Shown here one piece after another: positions 9,571 through 19,268 of a stretch of 64,000 nucleotides of DNA. The stretch is taken from assembly GCA_016934955.1 (NCBI GenBank), contig JAFGRY010000049.1, positions 61,503 to 125,502 on the forward strand, written 5' to 3'. How positions within the stretch are numbered: position 1 is the first letter of the stretch; every line of letters begins with the position of its first letter. Source of the DNA: a bacterium. GTDB taxonomy: Bacteria; Zhuqueibacterota; QNDG01; JAGLOF01. The notes beneath the pieces are model-generated. The model did not search any database. It was not told the origin of the DNA and was given only the letters and a program-made list of their open reading frames with translations. Both the position numbers and the translations under genes were made by a program.

Positions 9571-12420
9571 GTGTCCTGTCTGCTGCTGGTCGCCGGTCTG
9601 CTCCTGGGATCCGGGTGCAGTTCCAATACAGCTACGCCTGATTCTCCCGGAATAGCGATGATGTCGAAGGCGTTTAGCAATCCTCATGCAGACACCCGTC
9701 CCGGTGCCTTCTGGTGCTGGCTGAACGGCAATATGACCAGAGAGTCCATTTCCCGGGATCTCCGGGAGATGAGCGAAAAGGGCATGGGCAGAGCGGAGAT
9801 TTGGGATGTGGCGGCAGTGAATAATCCGGACAACTATATTCCAGCCGGTCCCGCTTTTTTGAGCGACAGTTCGGTGGCGCTGATCACATACGCCTTTGAG
9901 CAGGGGAAAAAGTACGGTATCAAAATCGGCATGATCGGCTCCAGCGGCTGGAATGCGGGGGGTACCTGGGTCGAACCTGACTGGGCCTCCAAACAGTTAT
10001 TTGTGTCCGAGCTGCGGGTTTCCGGTCCGCTCAGGGAAAATCTCCAACTGCCGTTCCCGGAAGTACCCCGCCGCTGCCCGAAGGGTGAGGACGGATACCC
10101 GGTCTTTTACAAAGAGGTGGCAGTGCTGGCTGTGCCGTTTTCCGGGGAAAAACGGCTTGATTCGACCGGCAGGATCATCGATCTGTCCGAACGTCTCGCT
10201 GGAAACTGTGTGCATGCTGAACTGCCCGAAGGAGAATGGATCATCCTGCGCTTCATCTGCTCCAACAACGGGCAGCGCCTTATTGTCCCGTCACCCGAAT
10301 CCAGCGGTCTGTTTATCGATTTTTTAGACCCGCAGTCGACCAGAAAACATCTCGGGCACATTATGGAGAGGCTCGGCATTCCCCGCGGAAAAAAGCGTAA
10401 AGGCGGTCTGGCCTATATCGAATTTGACAGTATGGAACTGGCGGCGGGGATCCCGTGGACGGACAGGATGCCGGAAATCTTTAAAAGAATGCGCGGGTAT
10501 GATCTGACCGGGTATCTGCCGGTTCTGGCCGGATGGTCCATTGGCGGCGAATCGGAGCGGTTTCTCTATGACTGGAAGAAGACCATCAGCGATCAGCTCA
10601 TATTCAGCCATTACACGACCGGAAGAGAATTCCTCAAAGCGTACGGGGTGGACCTGGTGGCGGAAGCCGGAGGACCGGGACCTCCCACCTGGGATACCTG
10701 TCCGGTTGATGCTCTGAAAGCGTTGGGAAATGTCACTGTCCCCCGGGGTGAGTTCTGGGTGCAGCACCGGAACATATTCCTGGTGAAGGAGGTGGCCAGC
10801 GCGTCGCATATATACGGTAAAAAGATCGTTGACGCCGAATCATTCACCACCTGGCGGCGGTGGAAGGACAGTCCCTTCGATCTGAAAAAACTGGCGGACA
10901 GGGCCTTCTGTGAAGGATTGAACTGTGTCACCTTCCATACATTTGCCAGCACCGCTCCCGGGGACGGTCTGCCGGGCAGAACCTACCATGCCGGGTCCGA
11001 CATCAATCACGCCAACACCTGGTGGAACAAATCAAAACCGTTCATGGATTATCTGGCCAGATGCAGTTATCTGCTCCAGCAGGGGGTGTTCGTAGCCGAT
11101 GCCTGTTACTATTACGGTGATCAGGCACCGAATTTCTGGCCGGCCTATCACTATGTTCCGAAAAAGATTATACCGGAGGATCTGGGAGAAGGCTATGATT
11201 ACGATGTGGTGAACAGCGATGTGATCCTGAACCGAATGTCGGTAAAAAACGGAAAGATTGTTCTGCCCGACGGGCTGAGCTATTCTCTGCTTGTCCTGCC
11301 GGACCAGGAGGATATCCCGCTGAGGGTGCTGAAAAAACTTGAGCGGATGGTTCAGCAGGGAGCAACAATCATCGGGCATAAACCAACAGAGATTCCCTAC
11401 CTGAATCATTATGCATCTGATCAGAAGGATCTGTCCCGACTGGCGGACACTATGTGGTACGGCGATGACGGAAACAGACAAGCGATTAATCCATTGGGGA
11501 AAGGGAGAATCATTCACGGCATTACACCGCGGGAGGTTCTTCTGTCGGATGGTATTGTCCCGGATTTCAGTTATAATCCTCAGGGAAGTCTGGACTACAT
11601 TCATCGACGGGCCGGTGATACCGACATCTATTTCATCCGCAATAAAAACCCACAGCCCTGGACCGGGGAATGCTCATTCAGGGTGAGTGACAAGTATCCA
11701 GAATTGTGGGACCCTGCCACCGGGGAGCAGGTCAGTGTCACCGCATCCAGCGAAAAGGATGGCCGGGCGCATCTGCAGCTTGAGTTTGATCCCCATGGTT
11801 CTCTGTTTGCCGTTTTTAGCGTGAACAAACGGGCGATTCCGTCCAGCTGTAAAAGTGCCACTGTAACCGAACGGGCAGCATGTACCGGGAGCTGGCAGGT
11901 GACCTTCCCTGCATGCTGGGGGGCGCCTGAAGAAACGACATTCGATACACTGATTTCCTGGACCGACCATGCCGTTCACGGGATCAGGTATTTTTCCGGC
12001 ACGGCAGCCTATCACCAAACAGTCACCATTGGGGAAGAGGAGGTACGTGATGGAACGAGGATCGAATTGGCGCTGGGTGACCTGGCGGATGTTGCGGAGG
12101 TGTTCTTCAACGGGAAATCGGCCGGCATCGTGTGGAAACCTCCATATACAGTCGATATCACGGACCTGGCGCGGGCCGGTGAGAATGAGTTGAACGTAGA
12201 GGTGGTGAATCAGTGGGTGAACCGGCTGACCGGTGATATGCAGTCGAATCCGGAAGATCGCTACTGCCGCACCAATCAGCCCTATATCACCGAAGACGAT
12301 ATGGGATATGACAACTGGGCCGAGGGCGGAGATGAGACCTTCAGGCTGAAAACATCGGGACTGCTGGGACCGGTGGTGATCCGGTTTTTAGAGTTTGATG
12401 CTCCGCGGATTGGCCGCTGA
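9571..12420 (+). CDS. Lipoprotein glycoside hydrolase, GH106-like (putative alpha-L-rhamnosidase family) with C-terminal galactose-binding-like jelly roll
   Basis: GTG start after GAAGGGG. Lipobox LLLGSGC. N-terminal RPGAFWCWLNGNMTRESISRDLREMSEKGMGRAEIWDV resembles the conserved N-terminus of the GH106/BT0986-like family. C-terminal segment (WQVTFPACWGAPEE...FFNGKSAGIVW...NVEVVNQWVNRL) resembles a sugar-binding jelly roll. Family assignment is from memory, not a search. Confidence 0.45.
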   Translation: MSCLLLVAGLLLGSGCSSNTATPDSPGIAMMSKAFSNPHADTRPGAFWCWLNGNMTRESISRDLREMSEKGMGRAEIWDVAAVNNPDNYIPAGPAFLSDSSVALITYAFEQGKKYGIKIGMIGSSGWNAGGTWVEPDWASKQLFVSELRVSGPLRENLQLPFPEVPRRCPKGEDGYPVFYKEVAVLAVPFSGEKRLDSTGRIIDLSERLAGNCVHAELPEGEWIILRFICSNNGQRLIVPSPESSGLFIDFLDPQSTRKHLGHIMERLGIPRGKKRKGGLAYIEFDSMELAAGIPWTDRMPEIFKRMRGYDLTGYLPVLAGWSIGGESERFLYDWKKTISDQLIFSHYTTGREFLKAYGVDLVAEAGGPGPPTWDTCPVDALKALGNVTVPRGEFWVQHRNIFLVKEVASASHIYGKKIVDAESFTTWRRWKDSPFDLKKLADRAFCEGLNCVTFHTFASTAPGDGLPGRTYHAGSDINHANTWWNKSKPFMDYLARCSYLLQQGVFVADACYYYGDQAPNFWPAYHYVPKKIIPEDLGEGYDYDVVNSDVILNRMSVKNGKIVLPDGLSYSLLVLPDQEDIPLRVLKKLERMVQQGATIIGHKPTEIPYLNHYASDQKDLSRLADTMWYGDDGNRQAINPLGKGRIIHGITPREVLLSDGIVPDFSYNPQGSLDYIHRRAGDTDIYFIRNKNPQPWTGECSFRVSDKYPELWDPATGEQVSVTASSEKDGRAHLQLEFDPHGSLFAVFSVNKRAIPSSCKSATVTERAACTGSWQVTFPACWGAPEETTFDTLISWTDHAVHGIRYFSGTAAYHQTVTIGEEEVRDGTRIELALGDLADVAEVFFNGKSAGIVWKPPYTVDITDLARAGENELNVEVVNQWVNRLTGDMQSNPEDRYCRTNQPYITEDDMGYDNWAEGGDETFRLKTSGLLGPVVIRFLEFDAPRIGR

Positions 12421-12453
12421 AACAGGCAGTACCATGAAAGGGTGGGAAGAACC

Positions 12454-14910
12454 ATGAAAAAAAGAGTGCTCACGATCATCTGCGCCGTTGTCGCTGTATC
12501 CGTCGTCTATGCGCAGAAGACGGATGTCTCGAAACTGATAGACGCGCAGGCGTTCAGGCCTGAATCGATTCTCTGGTACGATACGCCCGCAGGGAAGTGG
12601 GAAGAGGCGCTGCCCGTGGGCAACGGCCGCCTGGGGGCCATGGTGTTCGGGAAACACGGTGAAGAGCGGATTCAGCTCAATGAAGAGACCCTCTGGTCAG
12701 GAGGCCCATACTCCACCGTCGTAAAGGGGGGGTACAGCGTCCTGCCGGAAATCCAGCGGCTGATCTTTGCAGGCAAACCCATCGAGGCCCATAAACTGTT
12801 CGGCCGGCATCTCATGGGGAACCCGGTGGAACAGATGAAATACCAGTGCCTGGCCAACCTGCATCTTTTTTTTGAAAACGAAAAAGAGGTGTCCGGCTAT
12901 AAGCGCTGGCTCGATCTGGGGACGGCAACGACCCATGTGGAGTACACGGCCCACGGCGTCCGTTACCGCCGGGAAGTTTTCTCATCCGCTCTCGACCAGG
13001 TGATCGCTGTCCGCCTCACGGCAGATACACCGGGAATGGTCTCCTTCCGGGCCCAGCTGAGGGGCGTACGCAACACCGCCCATTCCAACTACGGCAACGA
13101 CTACTTCCGCATGGACGGCATGGGCGATGACGGCGTCATGGTCAACGGCAAGTCCGCCGACTACCTGGGCGTAGAGGGGAAGCTGCGCTACCGGGCGCAG
13201 CTCAGGGCCGTCCCCGAGGGAGGAAGCATGGAGGTAGTCGGGGATGAACTCTTCATTGAAGGTGCCGATGCCGTCACCCTCTACCTTACGGCGGCCACCA
13301 ATTTTATGAATTATCGGGATGTGAGCGGTGATCAGGTTGCCCGGGTGGAGGAAACATTCGACGCTATCAAGGGGAAATCTTACCAGGAGATCAGAAACGC
13401 CGCCATCGCGGATTATCGATCCTATTATGACCGGGCCTCACTGGAACTGTCAACCAGCGAAAATTCCTTTCTTCCCACGGATAAACGTATGGCGGGGCTT
13501 GAGACCGGCGCCGATCCCAACCTGGCGGCGCTGGCCTATAATTTCGGACGCTATCTGCTGATCAGTTCCTCCCGGCCCGGAACCCAGCCGGCCAACCTGC
13601 AGGGCATCTGGAACGAAAGCCAGAACCCCAGCTGGGATTCCAAGTACACCACCAATATCAACACCGAGATGAACTACTGGCCCGTAGAAACCGCCAACCT
13701 GTCAGACTGTGCTGAACCGCTTATCACCATGGTGAAGGAACTGACCGATCAGGGCCGCGAGGTGGCCAGGGAGCACTACGGAGCCTCCGGCTGGGTGTTT
13801 CATCAGAACACCGATCTCTGGCGGGTCGCTGCCCCCATGGACGGACCCACCTGGGGGACCTTTACCGTGGGCGGTGCCTGGCTCACCACCCATTTATGGG
13901 AACACTATCTTTACACCCTCGATACGGAGTACCTTGAAGAGATCTATCCGGTGATCAAGGGGTGTGTGGATTTCTTCATGGATTTCCTGGTTGAACATCC
14001 AAACGGCACATGGCTGGTGACCAATCCCTCGAATTCACCGGAAAATCCACCCAAAGGCCCCGGCTATCACTATTTCTTCGATGAAGTGCCCGCCTTCTGG
14101 TATTTCACCACCATCTGTTACGGGGCCACCATGGACATGCAGATCCTGACCGATCTTTTCGGTTACTACGCCGAGGCCAGTGCAATTCTCGATCGGGACA
14201 GGGACTATGCGAAACAGGTGCTGGCCGCCCGGGCCCGCCTGGTGCCGCCCCTGATCGGAAAGGACGGCACCCTGCAGGAGTGGACCGAGGATTACGAACA
14301 GCTGGAGGAGAAGCACCGGCACTTCTCCCACATGTATGGTCTCTACCCGGGTAATGTCATTTCCGCCAAACGCACCCCGGAACTGGTTAACGCCTGCAAG
14401 GCGGTGCTGGAGCAGCGGGGAGACGGGGGAACGGGGTTTTCCCGGGGCTGGAAAATGGCGCTCTGGGCCCGTCTCTATGACGGTGAGCGCGCCTGCCGGA
14501 TCTTCAAAGGCTATATCAGGGACCAGGCCTACCCGCAGCTCTTCGCCAAATGCTACACGCCCCTGCAGGTGGACGGCACCTTTGGCGTAACCGCAGGCAT
14601 CACGGAAATGCTGATGCAGTCCCACGAAGGCGTGATCGATCTGCTGCCGGCGCTCCCGGAGAACTGGAGCGACGGACGGTTTGACGGTGTCTGTGCCAGG
14701 GGCGCGTTTGAACTAGATATTGAGTGGAAAGCCGGTGTGGTATCCAGAGTGACTGTCCTCTCGAAAAAGGGGGAGACCTGCCGGATCAATCCGCGGGTGA
14801 CGGTTGAGATAATGTCGGACGGACAGTGGATCAGAAGCAAAAAATATAAAGACGGCTCTGTTGAGTTCAAGACAAAAGCAGGAGCAACATATACACTCGT
14901 ACAGAAATAA
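12454..14910 (+). CDS. Glycoside hydrolase family 95 (alpha-L-fucosidase-like)
   Basis: Start at the ATG giving signal peptide MKKRVLTIICAVVAVSVVYAQ; the track ORF starts at a GTG 12 nt upstream. N-terminal ILWYDTPAGKWEEALPVGNGRLGAMVFG...RIQLNEETLWSGGP is the GH95 N-domain signature. Length ~820 aa fits GH95. Confidence 0.85.
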   Translation: MKKRVLTIICAVVAVSVVYAQKTDVSKLIDAQAFRPESILWYDTPAGKWEEALPVGNGRLGAMVFGKHGEERIQLNEETLWSGGPYSTVVKGGYSVLPEIQRLIFAGKPIEAHKLFGRHLMGNPVEQMKYQCLANLHLFFENEKEVSGYKRWLDLGTATTHVEYTAHGVRYRREVFSSALDQVIAVRLTADTPGMVSFRAQLRGVRNTAHSNYGNDYFRMDGMGDDGVMVNGKSADYLGVEGKLRYRAQLRAVPEGGSMEVVGDELFIEGADAVTLYLTAATNFMNYRDVSGDQVARVEETFDAIKGKSYQEIRNAAIADYRSYYDRASLELSTSENSFLPTDKRMAGLETGADPNLAALAYNFGRYLLISSSRPGTQPANLQGIWNESQNPSWDSKYTTNINTEMNYWPVETANLSDCAEPLITMVKELTDQGREVAREHYGASGWVFHQNTDLWRVAAPMDGPTWGTFTVGGAWLTTHLWEHYLYTLDTEYLEEIYPVIKGCVDFFMDFLVEHPNGTWLVTNPSNSPENPPKGPGYHYFFDEVPAFWYFTTICYGATMDMQILTDLFGYYAEASAILDRDRDYAKQVLAARARLVPPLIGKDGTLQEWTEDYEQLEEKHRHFSHMYGLYPGNVISAKRTPELVNACKAVLEQRGDGGTGFSRGWKMALWARLYDGERACRIFKGYIRDQAYPQLFAKCYTPLQVDGTFGVTAGITEMLMQSHEGVIDLLPALPENWSDGRFDGVCARGAFELDIEWKAGVVSRVTVLSKKGETCRINPRVTVEIMSDGQWIRSKKYKDGSVEFKTKAGATYTLVQK

Positions 14911-14937
14911 CCTGAAGGAGAGTCAGGAGCCGTCCCC

Positions 14938-16467
14938 ATGTATCATTCCCGCAGAGAATTTTTAACATTACTGGCAGCTTCAGGCATAACCGCAGCTGTC
15001 CCGAATTTTCTCTCCTGCAGCGGTCTGCTCTTTGCCGGGAAACGGCCTAATATAATTATCTTCCTTGGTGATGATCTGGGCTACGGAGATCTGGGGTGTT
15101 ATGGAAATCCGATTATCAAAACACCCCATATTGATGCCTTTGCCAAAGAGGGTGTCCGCTTTACTGATTGCCATGCAGCCGGAACGGTCTGTTCGCCGTC
15201 CCGGGCCGGGCTGCTCACCGGCCGTAATCCATACCGGTCGGGATTTTACTATATAGCCGACAGCGGCGCCTGGCTGCGGACCGAAGAAAAAACGATCGCC
15301 TCCCTTCTCAGGGAAAGCGGCTACGACACCTGTTATGCGGGAAAATGGCACCTGAGCCACTTTAACCGGGACGACAGTCAGCCGGATCCCGGAGATCACG
15401 GCTTCGACCACTGGTTCGCCACTCCCGTGAATGCCTTTGAAGGCCCTGACCACCCGACTACCTTTGTCCGCAACGGCGTCAGGGTGCCGGAAGTGGACGG
15501 CTGGTACTGTGATGCCGTTGTAAGGGAGTCGCTGGAGTGGCTGCGGAACCGGCCCGATCCGGAAAAGCCGTTCTTCCTTGTTGTAGCCACTCACGAGCCG
15601 CACACGCCGCTCGCGCCGCCGGAGCACTACGCCGCCATGTACGACAATCAGGAAACCGATGAGCTGGAAAAGCGGATTCGCTACGGGGGAGTGGTGCGTC
15701 CGGACCGGGAGATCGGTCTGAATAAAAAATACTACTACGGCACGGTTTCACAGCTGGACGCGGCTTTCGGTAACCTGATGCGGGGTCTCGATGATCTCCG
15801 GCTCGCCGGTAATTCCCTGGTCTTTTTTACCAGTGATAACGGACCTGAGAGTCCGGTAAATATGCAGGAGTCCAAGGGTGAGTGGGACGATCCCATTCGG
15901 GACAGATGCTTCGGAACACCTGGTCAGCTGCGCGGCATGAAGCGCTTTACCTATGAAGGAGGGCACCGTATCCCCGGCATCCTGCGCTGGCCGGGCCGGG
16001 TCCGGCCGGGTAGTGTATGCGGCACCCTTGTCAATGGCACGGATATTCTGCCGACCGTGTGCGAGGCGGCCTCCATTCAGCCGCCCCGGGACAGGACCAT
16101 TGACGGCACGAGCATTCTCCCTCTCTTCTCCGGAAAACAACTGCAGCGGGACATTCCCCAGTGCTGGTTCTTTCCGGCCTATGAAGATGCCATGGGGTAC
16201 ATCCCCCAGATGGCGATGCGGATCGGCTCCTATACACTGCTGGGATGGTTTGACGGGAAGAGACCGGGTGAGCGCTATATGGACTGGCTGAAGCGGGCGC
16301 AGCTGATCTCCTTTGAGCTGTATAATGTCAATGCGGATGAAGCGCAGCAGAAGGATATATCGGCAGACTGTCCTGAGATCCTGAACAGGCTGATCCCCCG
16401 CATGAGAGAGTTGTGGAAGGATATACAGAAGGAAGGACCCTGTCATAACAAGTGGACGGCACATTAA
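14938..16467 (+). CDS. Tat-exported Cys-type sulfatase (arylsulfatase family)
   Basis: RBS AGGAG. Tat motif SRREFLTLLAAS. Sulfatase signature NIIIFLGDDLGYGDLGCYGN and formylglycine motif CSPSRAGLLTGR. Confidence 0.9.
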   Translation: MYHSRREFLTLLAASGITAAVPNFLSCSGLLFAGKRPNIIIFLGDDLGYGDLGCYGNPIIKTPHIDAFAKEGVRFTDCHAAGTVCSPSRAGLLTGRNPYRSGFYYIADSGAWLRTEEKTIASLLRESGYDTCYAGKWHLSHFNRDDSQPDPGDHGFDHWFATPVNAFEGPDHPTTFVRNGVRVPEVDGWYCDAVVRESLEWLRNRPDPEKPFFLVVATHEPHTPLAPPEHYAAMYDNQETDELEKRIRYGGVVRPDREIGLNKKYYYGTVSQLDAAFGNLMRGLDDLRLAGNSLVFFTSDNGPESPVNMQESKGEWDDPIRDRCFGTPGQLRGMKRFTYEGGHRIPGILRWPGRVRPGSVCGTLVNGTDILPTVCEAASIQPPRDRTIDGTSILPLFSGKQLQRDIPQCWFFPAYEDAMGYIPQMAMRIGSYTLLGWFDGKRPGERYMDWLKRAQLISFELYNVNADEAQQKDISADCPEILNRLIPRMRELWKDIQKEGPCHNKWTAH

Positions 16468-16705
16468 GGTATTTATTTGTGATGTTATTGTAAGGGAGGG
16501 TAATCCATAATTCGATGTTATTCATTCCAGGGCGGGAATTAACTGCCAAACCTTCAGTCCTGCTTGGGACAATTGTTATAACAGAGTGGATTTTAAAACA
16601 TCCCACATAATATAAATTATCTTGCATCATGTATTGAAAATTGATATGTTAAAAATACTATACTAATTTTAACGAGATGTATTCATCACAAAAGGAGTAC
16701 TTCTT

Positions 16706-19111
16706 ATGGTTGCAATGTCTAATAAATCATCGAATTTATATCTGGGTGTTCTGCTTACGAGTGCCTCCACAATCCTATTTGAAGTCGCGCTTACCAAAGT
16801 TTTTTCAGTGACTATGTGGTATCATTTCGGCTATTTCACTCTTTCTCTTGCCTTATTTGGTATGGGGGCAGGTGGCTTGGGAGCGTATTTTAGACAACAT
16901 TACCTGAATCGTCGTTTCCCTGCAATACTGAAACAATTGACAATGCTGCAGGCTGCCAGTTTCGTCGTCTGTATAATTTTCGTTTTATCTGTACCGACAA
17001 TGGATCTTTTGAATTTTACAGGTATCGTGCGTCTAACCTCTATTTTTATATTTTGCGCATTGCCGTTTTTTCTTGCAGGTGTAATCATTTCAACAGCCAT
17101 CCAACATAATGTTAATAATGTTTCACGGATCTATTTTTCAGATCTTATTGGCGCTGCCTTAGGCTGCCTCCTTTTTTATGTAGCAATCACTTTTTTATCC
17201 GGACCAGGTGTTGTGCTATTTGCCTGTATCCTGGCCATCGGTGCCTCTATTGCCTTTGTCGAGAGGAATAAAAAGAATGCAATCAGGACCAGAATTTTCA
17301 TACTGATTATTACTGCAGCCACTCTTTTTACAGTTGATTCATATACCAATATTTTTACTGTCCGCTATACCAAAACGTATAAGGAACGTAAAGATATACT
17401 ATTTGAGAAATGGTCGCCGCTGGCCCGGATTACCGTATATCCGAAAGTCTTCTGGCGGGAAAATGCCGAAAGCCCTTTTGGCTGGGGGATGAGTTCCAAA
17501 TATAAGTCCGATGAAAAACGTGATCAACTTTGGGTTGAACAAGATGCAAATGCCGGGACACCGATCACTCGCTACAGCGGTAACAAAGAGGAACTTGATT
17601 ATCTAAAATATGATGTAACTACATTCGCCTACCATTTATTTCCAAAAATTGAAGATGTTTTTATCATTGGTGCCGGTGGAGGGCGGGATATATTATCAGC
17701 ACTGGCCTTTGATGTAAAACAAATAAAATCTTGTGATATAAATCCCATTACCATACATCTCGTTAAGGATACCTACCGCGAGTTCTGCGGAGATATATAC
17801 CACCTTCCAAATGTTGATGTAGAAGTGGCCGAGGGGAGAAGCTACCTCAGAAGACAAAAGAATGATTATGATATCATTCAAATTTCTCTGATCGACAGCT
17901 GGGTTGCCACTCTTGCAGGTGCTTTCAGTCTGGCTGAGAATAATCTTTACACTGTTGAGGCTTTTCAGGATTATTTCAATCACCTTGATGACGACGGGAT
18001 GTTGTCATTGACACGGTTTTTATTTAAACCGCGCAATCAGACATTGCGTATAGCTATACTCGCCAGAGAGGCTCTGGCTGAATATGGAGTAACCGACCCC
18101 TCGAAAGCAATTGCCGTGGTCGGAACAAAGCGGGGTGACGGCATGGCAACAACCTTGATTGGTAAAAAGCCGTTTTCTCAACACCAGCTTGAAAAAATTC
18201 GTACAAAGGCCGATTCAATTGGATTTGATGTATTATATCTACCCGGTATGGCCGGTTCTGATCAGGATTTTTATAATGCCCTGACCGCTGACGATTTAGA
18301 TGAATATATCGAATCATCCTATTATGATTTCAGGCCACCTACAGATAATTGGCCGTTTTTTTTCCAGATGCTGTACTTCTCTAATGCATTTGATATTATT
18401 TTTAAAAACAAAGAAATTGTTGGTCAGCGTTTCAATTATGTTGCACCATTAGTGTTGACAAATTTAATGATAATTTCAGGGCTTATGGTGGCACTTTTCT
18501 ATTTTTTACCCTTGTCCCTTTCCCGTAAATCGAAGCGGCTTCCGTCTCTTTTCGGTCTTTTCTTCATCTCTATTGGACTTGGTTTTATGCTTGTTGAGGT
18601 GTACCTGATTCAAAAAGGATCGCTATATCTGGGACATCCTACTTTCAGTCTCACGGCTGTCCTGTTTTCGATGTTGACAGCTGCAGGGTTGGGGAGTTTT
18701 TTCAGCGGTCGTTTTAAGGAGAACCAGTTACGGGTAGAGCTGATGCGCACAGGGGCTGTCCTGTTTGGTCTGCTGATCCTGATGGGGCCTGCAATGAAAT
18801 GGGTTTGCACCAACACTATTGAGCTGCCGTTACCGCTTAAATTTACTATTTTTATTGCCCTGGTAGCAGTTGTTGCATTTTTTATGGGTATGATGTTTCC
18901 AACAGGCATTCGGTTGCTCGGACCAAAGCAAACCGATTCTGTGCCGTGGGTGTGGGCATTAAACGGAGGCGCTTCTGTGATGGGTTCAATCTTTGCTATG
19001 AGCGTAGCAATGATGTTTGGCTATCTCCAAATGCTTTATCTGGGATGTCTCTGCTATTTTTTAGCAGTCCTGGCGGTGTACTTTGTCAGGGAGAAAAGAC
19101 AGATTACATAA
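16706..19111 (+). CDS. Polytopic membrane protein with a central spermidine-synthase-like (class I SAM-dependent, SpeE fold) domain, encoded on an AT-rich island
   Basis: RBS AAGGAG. N-terminal ~200 aa and C-terminal ~240 aa are strongly hydrophobic (multiple TM helices). The middle holds the SAM-binding motif VFIIGAGGGRDILSALAF and a SpeE-like block IDSWVATLAGAFSLAENNLYTVEAFQDYFNHLDDDGML. Gene and both flanking intergenic regions are visibly AT-rich relative to neighbours. Confidence 0.6.
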   Translation: MVAMSNKSSNLYLGVLLTSASTILFEVALTKVFSVTMWYHFGYFTLSLALFGMGAGGLGAYFRQHYLNRRFPAILKQLTMLQAASFVVCIIFVLSVPTMDLLNFTGIVRLTSIFIFCALPFFLAGVIISTAIQHNVNNVSRIYFSDLIGAALGCLLFYVAITFLSGPGVVLFACILAIGASIAFVERNKKNAIRTRIFILIITAATLFTVDSYTNIFTVRYTKTYKERKDILFEKWSPLARITVYPKVFWRENAESPFGWGMSSKYKSDEKRDQLWVEQDANAGTPITRYSGNKEELDYLKYDVTTFAYHLFPKIEDVFIIGAGGGRDILSALAFDVKQIKSCDINPITIHLVKDTYREFCGDIYHLPNVDVEVAEGRSYLRRQKNDYDIIQISLIDSWVATLAGAFSLAENNLYTVEAFQDYFNHLDDDGMLSLTRFLFKPRNQTLRIAILAREALAEYGVTDPSKAIAVVGTKRGDGMATTLIGKKPFSQHQLEKIRTKADSIGFDVLYLPGMAGSDQDFYNALTADDLDEYIESSYYDFRPPTDNWPFFFQMLYFSNAFDIIFKNKEIVGQRFNYVAPLVLTNLMIISGLMVALFYFLPLSLSRKSKRLPSLFGLFFISIGLGFMLVEVYLIQKGSLYLGHPTFSLTAVLFSMLTAAGLGSFFSGRFKENQLRVELMRTGAVLFGLLILMGPAMKWVCTNTIELPLPLKFTIFIALVAVVAFFMGMMFPTGIRLLGPKQTDSVPWVWALNGGASVMGSIFAMSVAMMFGYLQMLYLGCLCYFLAVLAVYFVREKRQIT

Positions 19112-19268
19112 TCAACATTTTTCCTCTCTGTCGTAAGGCTGAAGGTTAAAACGGTATATTTCAACCAGGACATACCCGGAAGTATAACCTTACTATGGAA
19201 TTACAGTACCTGACAATAATCAGGCGATCTGCAGGAAAACAGTAATGCATAAAAAAATGGAATAGCCA

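Noticed and set aside
16468-19268. Looked for integrase, tRNA target or direct repeats bounding the AT-rich island
   Set aside because: None found. Only short non-significant repeats (gatgttatt x2, gtaagg) are present. The island call rests on composition alone.
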